Positions 30,256 to 38,022 of a stretch of 64,000 bases of DNA are shown piece after piece; the stretch's first letter is position 1, and each line of letters begins with the position of its first letter. Source of the DNA: an uncultured Elusimicrobia bacterium (GTDB taxonomy: Bacteria; Elusimicrobiota; Elusimicrobia; UBA1565; UBA9628); the NCBI GenBank assembly GCA_964537395.1, contig CAZIBN010000004.1, forward strand, positions 2,115 to 66,114. Direction: 5' to 3'. The position numbers and the translations under genes were made by a program. A model generated the notes under the pieces. The model worked only from the letters and a program-made list of their open reading frames with translations, was not told the DNA's origin and searched no databases.

Positions 30256-31370
30256 AATCTCATCGGCATGACGACGAATTTATACTCACCGTCTCCGCCA
30301 ACCGGCTCGAACAACGCAGGGTTGACAGGGCTCGTCATCGCCACCGTCACTGTATCTGTATCAACATGCTTTAGAGCATCAACCACGAACTGAGGATTGA
30401 ATGCCACAGAGAAATCAGCTCCGCTGTAATCGACAGAGAGATCCTCATTGAATTCATTGTTCTGGCTTGAGGAGGTCACATGCAACGCTCCCTTCTTAAG
30501 CGCGTATTTAACCGAGCCTCCGCGGTCCACAGCGCATAAGGACGCGCGCTTGGTCACGGCAAGAAGGTCCTTCGTCGAGGCCGTGAAGATGACCTCTCGC
30601 TTCGTCGGGATGACTTGATCGTAGTTAGGGAACGCGCCTCCCACGAGACGGGAGAGGATGGTCGTTTCTTTGAGTTGGAATGTGATCTGGTTGTCGGTCA
30701 CCGCGACGAGTATCTTCTCCTCATCATTCGCCTCGATCTCAAGCAAGGTCACAAGCCTCAGAAGCTCGGACAGCACCTTCGTCGGCACGATGACGGAGAA
30801 TTCCTTGTCTTTCGGTAGTATTTTCTTCGCGCAGACAGCGAGACGGCGCCCATCCGTCGAGACCATCTCAAGAGTTCCCTTCTTACCGGACCAGAAGACT
30901 CCGTTAAGAACATGACGAGTCTCATCGGAAGAAGCCGCGAAGATGGTCTTCTTGATCATCCCCGCCACGACTCCGGCGGGAAGCTCAAACGAAGAGGCTT
31001 TGTTGAATTCAGGGAGAACAGGATATTCAGACTTAGGAGAACCCACGATACCGAACCGCGACCGTCCGCACTTTAATGATATTTTTCCGCCCGCATCCAC
31101 GGTCAGTTCTATATCCTGGGCTTCGGGCAGGCTGTGGAGTATGTCCGCGAACTTCTTTGCGGGAATTGTGATGGAGCCGTCCGTTTCGATCTCCGCCTTG
31201 ATGTAATGCTTGACTCCCATCTCCAGGTCGGTCGAAATAACCTTCACCTTCTTGTTCTCGGTTTCCATTAAGAAGTTTAAAAGGATGGGAAGCGTGGTCC
31301 GGCTTGATAGCGCGGACTGTATGGTTTGAACTCCCCGTGCCAGTTCTTCCTTGCTGATGGTTATTTTCAT
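30252..31370 (-). CDS. dnaN: DNA polymerase III beta sliding clamp
   Basis: 372 aa. N-terminus MKITISKEEL...LSSRTTLPIL and C-terminus VVMPMRL are typical of DnaN. Confidence 0.96.
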   Translation of the reverse strand: MKITISKEELARGVQTIQSALSSRTTLPILLNFLMETENKKVKVISTDLEMGVKHYIKAEIETDGSITIPAKKFADILHSLPEAQDIELTVDAGGKISLKCGRSRFGIVGSPKSEYPVLPEFNKASSFELPAGVVAGMIKKTIFAASSDETRHVLNGVFWSGKKGTLEMVSTDGRRLAVCAKKILPKDKEFSVIVPTKVLSELLRLVTLLEIEANDEEKILVAVTDNQITFQLKETTILSRLVGGAFPNYDQVIPTKREVIFTASTKDLLAVTKRASLCAVDRGGSVKYALKKGALHVTSSSQNNEFNEDLSVDYSGADFSVAFNPQFVVDALKHVDTDTVTVAMTSPVNPALFEPVGGDGEYKFVVMPMRL

Positions 31371-31448
31371 TTAAATCATCCTCTCCTTCATCAAGCGGGG
31401 GATACGGTGGACAACCCTGTTTCCCCAAGAGAAATAAAGACCGGATGG

Positions 31449-31486
31449 TGTGGATAACTATGAGGAGTTATCAACACTGTCCACAA
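31449..31486. promoter_or_regulatory. DnaA box cluster in the dnaA-dnaN spacer
   Basis: TGTGGATAA (31449-31457, perfect), TTATCAACA (31468-31476, 8/9), and TGTCCACAA (31478-31486, degenerate). Confidence 0.7.
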
Positions 31487-31542
31487 CGTTGGGCGCTGTC
31501 CCCAATTATTAGAAGGCGCGCACAGGTTGTTCACAAGCTTCA

Positions 31543-32892
31543 TTATCGTTCAGCCGCTTTTATGTCGGCTTGGAGCTTATTTATGAGTTCCAGAAAAAAA
31601 GGGTCTTCCTCGATCTTTTTTTCTATTTTCTTGCGTGCGTGAAGGACCGTAGAGTGGTCCTTGCCGCCGAAGGCCCGACCGATGTCGGTTGAGGAGAGTT
31701 CCGTCATCTGGCAGGACAGGTACATCGCGACCTGGCGGGGCATGGAGATGGAGACCGTACGCTGATGTCCTTTCAGGTCCTTAACGTCGACGGAATATTT
31801 AAGAGAGACGACCCGTTGGATCGTTTCGACCCGTACTGGAGAGGAATCGTCCACGGTGATAGAGTCTTTTAGAATGTCCCGTGCGTCATCAACGGACAAA
31901 GGGGCGCCGGTCATGGCCTGAAAGGCCTTCAGCCGGATCAGGCAGCCTTCCAGCGCGCGGACGTTGGTCTTGACCGAGGAGGCGATGAAGAGGATGACGT
32001 CGTCGGGCGTGGTAAAGCCTTCATGAGCGGCTTTCTTGCGCAGGATCGCGATCCGGGTCTCGAGGTCCGGTGGCTTGATGTCGGCGACGAAGCCCCATTC
32101 CAGGCGTGAGATCAGGCGCTGCTCGAGGGGGGTCATCTCCTTTGGTGAGCGGTCGGAGCTGACGACGATCTGCTTTCGTGAATCAAAGAGGGCGTTGAAA
32201 GTGTGAAAAAACTCCTGCTCGGAGCGGTCCTTGGCGATCAAAAATTGGATGTCGTCGATGAGAAGGCAGTCGAGCGAGCGGTAGCGGGAGCGGAAGGCGT
32301 CGATCTGGTTGTTCTGTAGGGCGGCGATATACTCATTGACGAATTGTTCGCTGGTGGTGTAGAGAACGCGCGAGCGCGGGTGATGCCTGCGGATCGAGTT
32401 CCCTATAGCGTGCATCAAATGGGTCTTGCCGAGGCCGACGCCGCCGTAGATCACGTATGGATTGTACTGCGTTCCCGGGCTCTTTGAGATCGACTCGGCC
32501 GTCGCGCGCGCGAGGCGGTTTGATTCACCGATGACGAACGAGTCGAACGTGTAGCGGGGGTTGAGCTCTGAGAGGGGAAAGTCGGATTGAGGGGAGGCCT
32601 CGGGCACAGGATCTGATGGAGGAAGCACGCGCGTCAGATCGCGCTCAACGCGGAAGTCGATGCCGATCTCAGTGCCGGATATATCGCGAAGCACGGACAG
32701 CAGACGCTTCTGGTAGCGCTCCTTTATACCGTCGGAAAAAAACTTATTGGGGACCTTCAGCATCAGGACCCCGTCTTCTAATGAGGCGGCTTCCACGGGC
32801 TTGAGCCAAAGCTCGGCATTTTCTTCACCGATCTCCGAACGCAGCCGTTCCACGGTCTGTGTCCAGAGTTCGACTTCGTCGACTTTCTTCAC
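31543..32892 (-). CDS. dnaA: chromosomal replication initiator protein DnaA
   Basis: 449 aa. Carries Walker A GGVGLGKTHL, LLIDDIQF, and the domain IV segment RQVAMYLSCQMTELSSTDIGRAFGGKDHSTVLHA. The GTG start is uncertain because a DnaA box lies 3 nt upstream. Confidence 0.96.
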   Translation of the reverse strand: MKKVDEVELWTQTVERLRSEIGEENAELWLKPVEAASLEDGVLMLKVPNKFFSDGIKERYQKRLLSVLRDISGTEIGIDFRVERDLTRVLPPSDPVPEASPQSDFPLSELNPRYTFDSFVIGESNRLARATAESISKSPGTQYNPYVIYGGVGLGKTHLMHAIGNSIRRHHPRSRVLYTTSEQFVNEYIAALQNNQIDAFRSRYRSLDCLLIDDIQFLIAKDRSEQEFFHTFNALFDSRKQIVVSSDRSPKEMTPLEQRLISRLEWGFVADIKPPDLETRIAILRKKAAHEGFTTPDDVILFIASSVKTNVRALEGCLIRLKAFQAMTGAPLSVDDARDILKDSITVDDSSPVRVETIQRVVSLKYSVDVKDLKGHQRTVSISMPRQVAMYLSCQMTELSSTDIGRAFGGKDHSTVLHARKKIEKKIEEDPFFLELINKLQADIKAAER

Positions 32893-32895
32893 AGG

Positions 32896-32929
32896 TTATC
32901 CACAGATGTGGATAACTAAGTTATCCACA
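32896..32929. promoter_or_regulatory. three perfect DnaA boxes upstream of dnaA (oriC candidate)
   Basis: TTATCCACA (32896-32904), TGTGGATAA (32907-32915), TTATCCACA (32921-32929). Confidence 0.85.
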
Positions 32930-32936
32930 GGATAAG

Positions 32937-32984
32937 AGTTTGTTTTATATGAGTTTATTAACATTATTACATGCAAAAAAATAG
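32937..32984. other. AT-rich stretch (DNA unwinding element candidate)
   Basis: AGTTTGTTTTATATGAGTTTATTAACATTATTACATGCAAAAAAATAG stands out in an otherwise GC-rich genome and is adjacent to the DnaA boxes. Confidence 0.6.
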
Positions 32985-33098
32985 ACCCGAAACGCATGCG
33001 ACCGCGCGCCCTGGAAATCGACCCAGAATCAGACCGCATATTACCAGTTTCGATTCCTTAGAGTCAACCTGTGGCGGTGGAGGATGGCGTCGCATTCG

Positions 33099-33127
33099 TT
33101 GACAGGTCGAGGCCCAAGCGCTAGAAT
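33099..33127 (+). promoter_or_regulatory. consensus sigma70 promoter of hpf, 9 nt from the ATG
   Basis: TTGACA (33099-33104), 17-nt spacer, TAGAAT (33122-33127), ATG at 33137. Confidence 0.7.
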
Positions 33128-33136
33128 CTCACACCT

Positions 33137-33661
33137 ATGGAGATTCAATTAACGGCCAAGCAGCTCAAGATCACCCCCGCTCTGCGCGAGTACGTGCAGC
33201 AGAAGATGGGAAAGACGCAAAAGTATTTTGACCACATCGTTTGGGGCCAGGCTTTTCTTTTCGTGGAGAAGCGCGCTCACAAAGCGGAGATGATCGTACA
33301 CGCTCCGGGGCAGACGTTCAGCGCCGAGGCAACGGCCGCCGACCTCTACTCTGCCATCGACCTCGCGTCCGACAAGATCGACGCGCAGCTCAAGAAGCAT
33401 AAGGAGCGCATCAAGAGCCGCCACAAACCCAAGACCTCCGACACGATGGCTGAAGCTGTGCCTCCCGTCGAGACGTCCTTCGCGGTATCGCGCCAGCCGG
33501 TCTATCCCATGACGCCGGAGCAGGCGTCGTCGGAATTCAACTCTTCCGAACGAGTGTTCCTCGTCTACCTCGACAAGGATACCGACCAGGTTCACGTTCT
33601 CTATCGTCGCGAGGACGAGAGCTTCGGGATCATCCAGCCCGTTCGCAGAATCAAGCGCTAG
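33137..33661 (+). CDS. hpf: ribosome hibernation promoting factor, long form
   Basis: 174 aa. N-terminal RaiA/HPF domain (ITPALREYVQQKMGK...KAEM) plus a C-terminal dimerisation domain (VFLVYLDKDTDQVHVLYRREDESFGIIQP). Confidence 0.9.
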   Translation: MEIQLTAKQLKITPALREYVQQKMGKTQKYFDHIVWGQAFLFVEKRAHKAEMIVHAPGQTFSAEATAADLYSAIDLASDKIDAQLKKHKERIKSRHKPKTSDTMAEAVPPVETSFAVSRQPVYPMTPEQASSEFNSSERVFLVYLDKDTDQVHVLYRREDESFGIIQPVRRIKR

Positions 33662-33665
33662 CCCC

Positions 33666-34616
33666 GTGCACGCCGCGGAACTGACCGTCGGCGAACTCCT
33701 CAAGGAGCAGGGCGAGGGGCTTCGCCTTGAGTTGCTCTGCGGGGAGAAATCCCTCGGCCGCCGGATCACGGTGGCCGATCTCAACCGTCCCGGCCTTGCG
33801 CTCTCCGGATTCCTCGACCGTTTCCGCGCGGAGAGGGTGCAGATCTTCGGCAACGGGGAGCAGGCCTACTGCCAGAAGTCTGACGCCAAGAAGCTCGCCG
33901 ATGCGCTGTCGGCGATGCTGGCCGTCCCCGAGCTTCCGTGCGTGATCGTCACGCATAATGCGCCGGTTCCGCCTTCGCTCGCGCAGGCATGCAAGAAGCA
34001 CGGCGTGCCGCTGATGCGCTCCGCCTATGACACGACGACCTTGACCGGAGAGCTGTCCGAGGCGCTCGAAGCACGCCTGGCGCCGTCGACGACCGTGCAT
34101 GGCGTGCTCGTCGACGTCTACGGGCTCGGCGTCATCATCCAGGGCGATTCGGGCATCGGGAAATCCGAGTGCGCGCTCGAGCTTCTCAAGCGCGGCCATA
34201 TCCTCATCGCCGACGACGCGGTTCAGATACAGCACCGGCGCGGCTCCTATCTGCGCGGCTTTTGCCCTGAGCCGCTCAAGAATCACATGGAGATCCGCGG
34301 CCTTGGTGTCATCGACGTCAAGCTCCTCTTCGGCATCGGCGCGATCCGCGAACGAACGCGCATCGAGCTGGCGATCAAGCTCGAGACGTGGAACGCTGGA
34401 ACGGTGTACGATCGGACCGGCCTCGACGCCAGGAAGCTCTCCATTCTCGACGTGGAGATCCCGCTCATCCGTATACCCGTCAGCCCCGGCCGCAACCTCG
34501 CGGTGCTCATCGAGGTCGCGGCCCTCAATCAGCGCCTGCGCTCACAGGGCTACTTCTCGGCGGAGAATTTCAACCAGCGTCTCATCGAGCGCATGAAGAC
34601 GAAGGAGCGCGGCTGA
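33666..34616 (+). CDS. hprK: HPr kinase/phosphorylase
   Basis: 316 aa. Carries HGVLVDVYGLGVIIQGDSGIGKSECALELLKRGHILIADD and EIRGLGVIDV. Confidence 0.93.
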   Translation: MHAAELTVGELLKEQGEGLRLELLCGEKSLGRRITVADLNRPGLALSGFLDRFRAERVQIFGNGEQAYCQKSDAKKLADALSAMLAVPELPCVIVTHNAPVPPSLAQACKKHGVPLMRSAYDTTTLTGELSEALEARLAPSTTVHGVLVDVYGLGVIIQGDSGIGKSECALELLKRGHILIADDAVQIQHRRGSYLRGFCPEPLKNHMEIRGLGVIDVKLLFGIGAIRERTRIELAIKLETWNAGTVYDRTGLDARKLSILDVEIPLIRIPVSPGRNLAVLIEVAALNQRLRSQGYFSAENFNQRLIERMKTKERG

Positions 34617-35473
34617 TGGCGTCCGCGCCGAAAAAGATCTTCGTCATCACGGGCGTCTCGGGCGCGGGCAAAAGCCAGGCGCTGAAGGTTTTCGAGGACT
34701 TCGGGTGGTTTTGCGTCGACAACCTCCCGATCGCGCTGCTCGACGAGTTCGCGGCCTTCGTGCAGAAGTCGCCGGCGATGACGCGCGTCGCCCTCGGCAT
34801 GGATGTCCGCGAGGGCAAGGTCCTCGGCGCGCTCCCGCCGCTCCTGCGTCGCCTCAAGCTCCAGGGCCTCGACATCAACGTCCTGTTCATCGACGCGGCG
34901 GACGCGACCGTTATCCACCGCTTCTCCGAGACGCGCCACCGCCATCCGCTCGGCGGCAAGATCGCCGATGCGGTCAAGCAGGAGCGTAAGCTTCTCGCTC
35001 CGATCAAGGGCGCGGCCGATAAGGTCATCGACACGACGCGCCTGACCCTTGGCGAGCTCAAGGAGAAGATATCCGAGACGCTCGGCCTGACGCTGACACG
35101 GGAAATGACCTTGCAGGTCGTCAGCTTCGGCTACAAGCACGGCATGCCGATCGACGCCGACATCGTCATGGACGTCCGCTTCCTGCCGAACCCGCATTAT
35201 CTGGCCGCGTTGCGCAAGAAGAGCGGCCTCGACGAGCCCGTCCAGAAATACATCCTCAGCCAGCCTGTGGCGAGAAAATTTCTGAACGATTGGTACAAGC
35301 TGGTCGCGACCTTGCTGCCGCACTATGTGCGCGAGGGGAAATCCTATCTGACCATCGCTATCGGCTGCACCGGGGGCCGCCATCGCAGCGTGTTCTGCAC
35401 CCGCTGGCTTGCGCAAAAGCTGCGCGCGACAGGGCATCCGGTCCAGGAATTCCATCGGGACATCTCGTTGTGA
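34616..35473 (+). CDS. rapZ: RNase adapter / nucleotide-binding protein RapZ (YvcJ family)
   Basis: Trimmed to MASAPKKIFVITGVSGAGKSQALKVFEDFGWFCVDNLP. TGATG overlap with hprK. C-terminal CTGGRHRSV is present. Confidence 0.9.
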   Translation: MASAPKKIFVITGVSGAGKSQALKVFEDFGWFCVDNLPIALLDEFAAFVQKSPAMTRVALGMDVREGKVLGALPPLLRRLKLQGLDINVLFIDAADATVIHRFSETRHRHPLGGKIADAVKQERKLLAPIKGAADKVIDTTRLTLGELKEKISETLGLTLTREMTLQVVSFGYKHGMPIDADIVMDVRFLPNPHYLAALRKKSGLDEPVQKYILSQPVARKFLNDWYKLVATLLPHYVREGKSYLTIAIGCTGGRHRSVFCTRWLAQKLRATGHPVQEFHRDISL

Positions 35474-35479
35474 TCAACC

Positions 35480-35899
35480 TTGATTAATCTCATCGTCGTG
35501 ACCCATGGAGAGTTCGGCGCGTACCTCGTTGAGGCCGCGGAAGGCATCGTCGGACGCCAGACGCAGGGCGTGCGCGTCGTCGCGACCTCTTCGCGGCAGT
35601 CGGTCGCTGAGATCAAGAGGCGCATCGAGCGTGCTCTGGCCGAGCTCGCCAACCCCGACGGTGTTATTCTGTTCACCGATATGCCCGGCGGCACCCCTAA
35701 CAATCTGTCCTTCCCGTTGATCCGCGACGAGAAGCACGTCGAAATGATCAGCGGCGTGAACCTGTACATGCTCGTCTCTGCCTTCAGCTACCGCGGCCAG
35801 CTACCGTTGAATAAACTGGTGGAGAAAGTCGTCGCCGACGGTCAGAAGTCGATCCGCGACATCCGCTCGATGTTCGTCGCCGCGATGGGGACCCGGTAA
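35480..35899 (+). CDS. PTS mannose-family EIIA component
   Basis: 139 aa with TTG start. LIVVTHGEFG contains the phosphorylatable His. Also carries TDMPGGTP. Confidence 0.85.
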   Translation: MINLIVVTHGEFGAYLVEAAEGIVGRQTQGVRVVATSSRQSVAEIKRRIERALAELANPDGVILFTDMPGGTPNNLSFPLIRDEKHVEMISGVNLYMLVSAFSYRGQLPLNKLVEKVVADGQKSIRDIRSMFVAAMGTR

Positions 35900-36381
35900 T
35901 GGGAGTCACCTTGCTGCGCGTCGACGACCGGCTCATCCATGGCCAGGTGGTCGAGGGCTGGGTGCCTTACCTCAAGGTCGACCTCGTCATCGTGGTCTCC
36001 GACACGGCGGCCTCCGATGAGATACAGACCGCGCTGATGAAGATGGCTCTTCCTTCGTCGGTCGGCCTGCTCGTGCTGCCGGTCGTCGAAGCGGCGGCTG
36101 CGTTGAAATCGCCGCAGATCGCGGCGCGGTCCGCGCTCGTGCTTGTTCCCGGACCCGCCGAGGCGTTGGCCCTTGTCGAGAAGGGCGTCGTCGTCGACCG
36201 GATCAACGTCGGCGGCCTTCACTACACGGTCGGCAAGGTGCAGCTCGGCCGCGCGCTTTTCCTTGATGAGAAGGACCGCTTGGCGCTGCGGGCGCTTGCC
36301 GCAAAAGGCGTGCGTCTCGAAGGGCGGGCCCTTCCCGCTGATGCCGAGGAAGATCTGACGGCCGCGCTGGAGGGAAATTGA
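35899..36381 (+). CDS. PTS mannose/sorbose-family EIIB component
   Basis: 160 aa. Carries LLRVDDRLIHGQVV (active His). TAATG overlap with EIIA. Confidence 0.85.
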   Translation: MGVTLLRVDDRLIHGQVVEGWVPYLKVDLVIVVSDTAASDEIQTALMKMALPSSVGLLVLPVVEAAAALKSPQIAARSALVLVPGPAEALALVEKGVVVDRINVGGLHYTVGKVQLGRALFLDEKDRLALRALAAKGVRLEGRALPADAEEDLTAALEGN

Positions 36382-36974
36382 CCACGGCCACCGCCTGCGC
36401 CGTGCTGGCCCTCCTCGAGCTCGATGCGGTGCTCATCGCGCAGACCTTGGTGTCGCGGCCGCTAGTCGTGGGCGCGGTGCTCGGCGCGTTGACCGGCAAC
36501 ACTTTGGCCGGCACGCTGTTCGGCGCGGTCTTCGAGCTGCTGAGCTTGTGCGATCTTCCCGTCGGCGGCTGCCTGACCTGGTCGGCCACGGTCGCGGCCG
36601 GCACGGCGACCTTGCTCGCGGGCCGGGGTACGTCCGTGGCGCTTTGCTTCATCGGGGGCGTCGTTGCCGGGGTCCTTCATTCCCGGGTCGAGGCTCTCGA
36701 GAGGGCGCGCCGTGCGGCGACCGGCGACGCGCTCGTCCTGCGCGCCGAGGCCGGGGACTGGACGCTGGGCCGGGCGCTGGGTCTTTCGATCGCGGCGCAT
36801 GCGGCCATGACTTTCGCTGTGGCCGGCTCCGTCGTTTCGCTCGTCGGCTTCCTGGACGGGCGCTGGTGGGCGGGCGCGCCTGAGTTCATCCGGGGCGGAG
36901 CGGCGCTCGTGTCCTCAAGCGCGCCGTGGATCGGCCTCTCGGGCGTCGTGGCCTGGGGTCTGAGGCGCTCATGA
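36378..36974 (+). CDS. PTS mannose-family EIIC-like membrane protein (short)
   Basis: 198 aa, fully hydrophobic and Gly/Ala-rich. Assigned by its position between EIIB and EIID. It is shorter than typical ManY-type EIIC proteins. Confidence 0.65.
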   Translation: MTTATACAVLALLELDAVLIAQTLVSRPLVVGAVLGALTGNTLAGTLFGAVFELLSLCDLPVGGCLTWSATVAAGTATLLAGRGTSVALCFIGGVVAGVLHSRVEALERARRAATGDALVLRAEAGDWTLGRALGLSIAAHAAMTFAVAGSVVSLVGFLDGRWWAGAPEFIRGGAALVSSSAPWIGLSGVVAWGLRRS

Positions 36975-37759
36975 GCGAGCGGATGATGACGCCTTGGATG
37001 AAGGCCTGCATCGGCGCGCGCCTGCTCCTTCTTCAGGCGCGGTGGGATCCGGCTCGGATGCAGGGCCCGGGCTTCGCCTTCGCGCTCGAGCCGTGGCTCG
37101 CGGACTGCTGGGCCGCGGAGCCCGAGGCGCTGCTCTCCGCGCGCCGGCGTCATCTCGAGTATTTCAACACGCACCCGATCGCGGCGTGGCTCGTGGCGGG
37201 CATCGTCTGCCGGCAGGAAGCCGCCGCGGCGGCGCTGACGGGTGCGGCTCGCGAGGCGGCGATCGTCAAGATCAGGTCCCTGAAAACGGGGCTAGGCGCC
37301 TCGCTTGCCGGCCTATACGATTCGTTTTTCTGGGGCGCTTTGCGTCCCGTGAGCGCGCTGTCGGGTATTCTCGCCGCCCAGGCGGCCTATCGCCTCGGCT
37401 TGCCGCACGCGCCGGCCTGGGCGGCGGCGACGGCCCTTTTCGTTTATAACATCCCGGCTGTCGCCGCGCGCGCTATCGGCTTGCTGCGCGGAATCTCCGA
37501 AGGGGAGCGCGCCGTGGCGGCGTTGATCAAGCTTCCCGTCCAGCCGTGGATCATCGGGCTTCGCCGGGCGACCGTCGGCGGAGCCCTGGCGGCGTTCGCG
37601 GTCGGCGCGGGACTGCTCGGCGGCGGCGACCGCTTGCCGGTGGCGCTCACCTTCGCGGCGGGCCTGATCCTGACCTGGCGGGGCATTCCGCCGTTCGCGC
37701 AGCTCGGCTTCGCGGGGCTTGGCGGCATCGTCGCGGCGGCCGTCGGGCTGTGGCCGTGA
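36971..37759 (+). CDS. PTS mannose-family EIID-like membrane protein
   Basis: Trimmed to MSERMM (ATGA overlap). The segment LLLQARWDPARMQGPGFAFALEPWL resembles the EIID N-terminal signature (FxLQ..N.ERMQ..G). Confidence 0.7.
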   Translation: MSERMMTPWMKACIGARLLLLQARWDPARMQGPGFAFALEPWLADCWAAEPEALLSARRRHLEYFNTHPIAAWLVAGIVCRQEAAAAALTGAAREAAIVKIRSLKTGLGASLAGLYDSFFWGALRPVSALSGILAAQAAYRLGLPHAPAWAAATALFVYNIPAVAARAIGLLRGISEGERAVAALIKLPVQPWIIGLRRATVGGALAAFAVGAGLLGGGDRLPVALTFAAGLILTWRGIPPFAQLGFAGLGGIVAAAVGLWP

Positions 37760-38022
37760 TGGAAAAAATCATGACGATCAAGAACCGCATGGGCCTGCAC
37801 GCCCGCCCTGCGGCGATGTTCGTCCAGGAAGCGGGCAAGTTCAAGAGCCAGATCTTCGTCGTCAAGGACGGTCTGCAGGTCAACGGAAAGAGCGTCATGG
37901 GCCTCATGCTCCTCGCAGCCGAGAGCGGCTCCAAGCTCACGATCAAGGCCGACGGCCCCGATGAGGCGAAAGCAATCGAGGCCCTGGAGAAATTGTTCGA
38001 GCGCAGGTTCGACGAGCAATGA
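37759..38022 (+). CDS. ptsH: phosphocarrier protein HPr
   Basis: 87 aa. Carries GLHARPA (His15 site) and NGKSVMGLM (Ser46 site). Confidence 0.92.
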   Translation: MEKIMTIKNRMGLHARPAAMFVQEAGKFKSQIFVVKDGLQVNGKSVMGLMLLAAESGSKLTIKADGPDEAKAIEALEKLFERRFDEQ

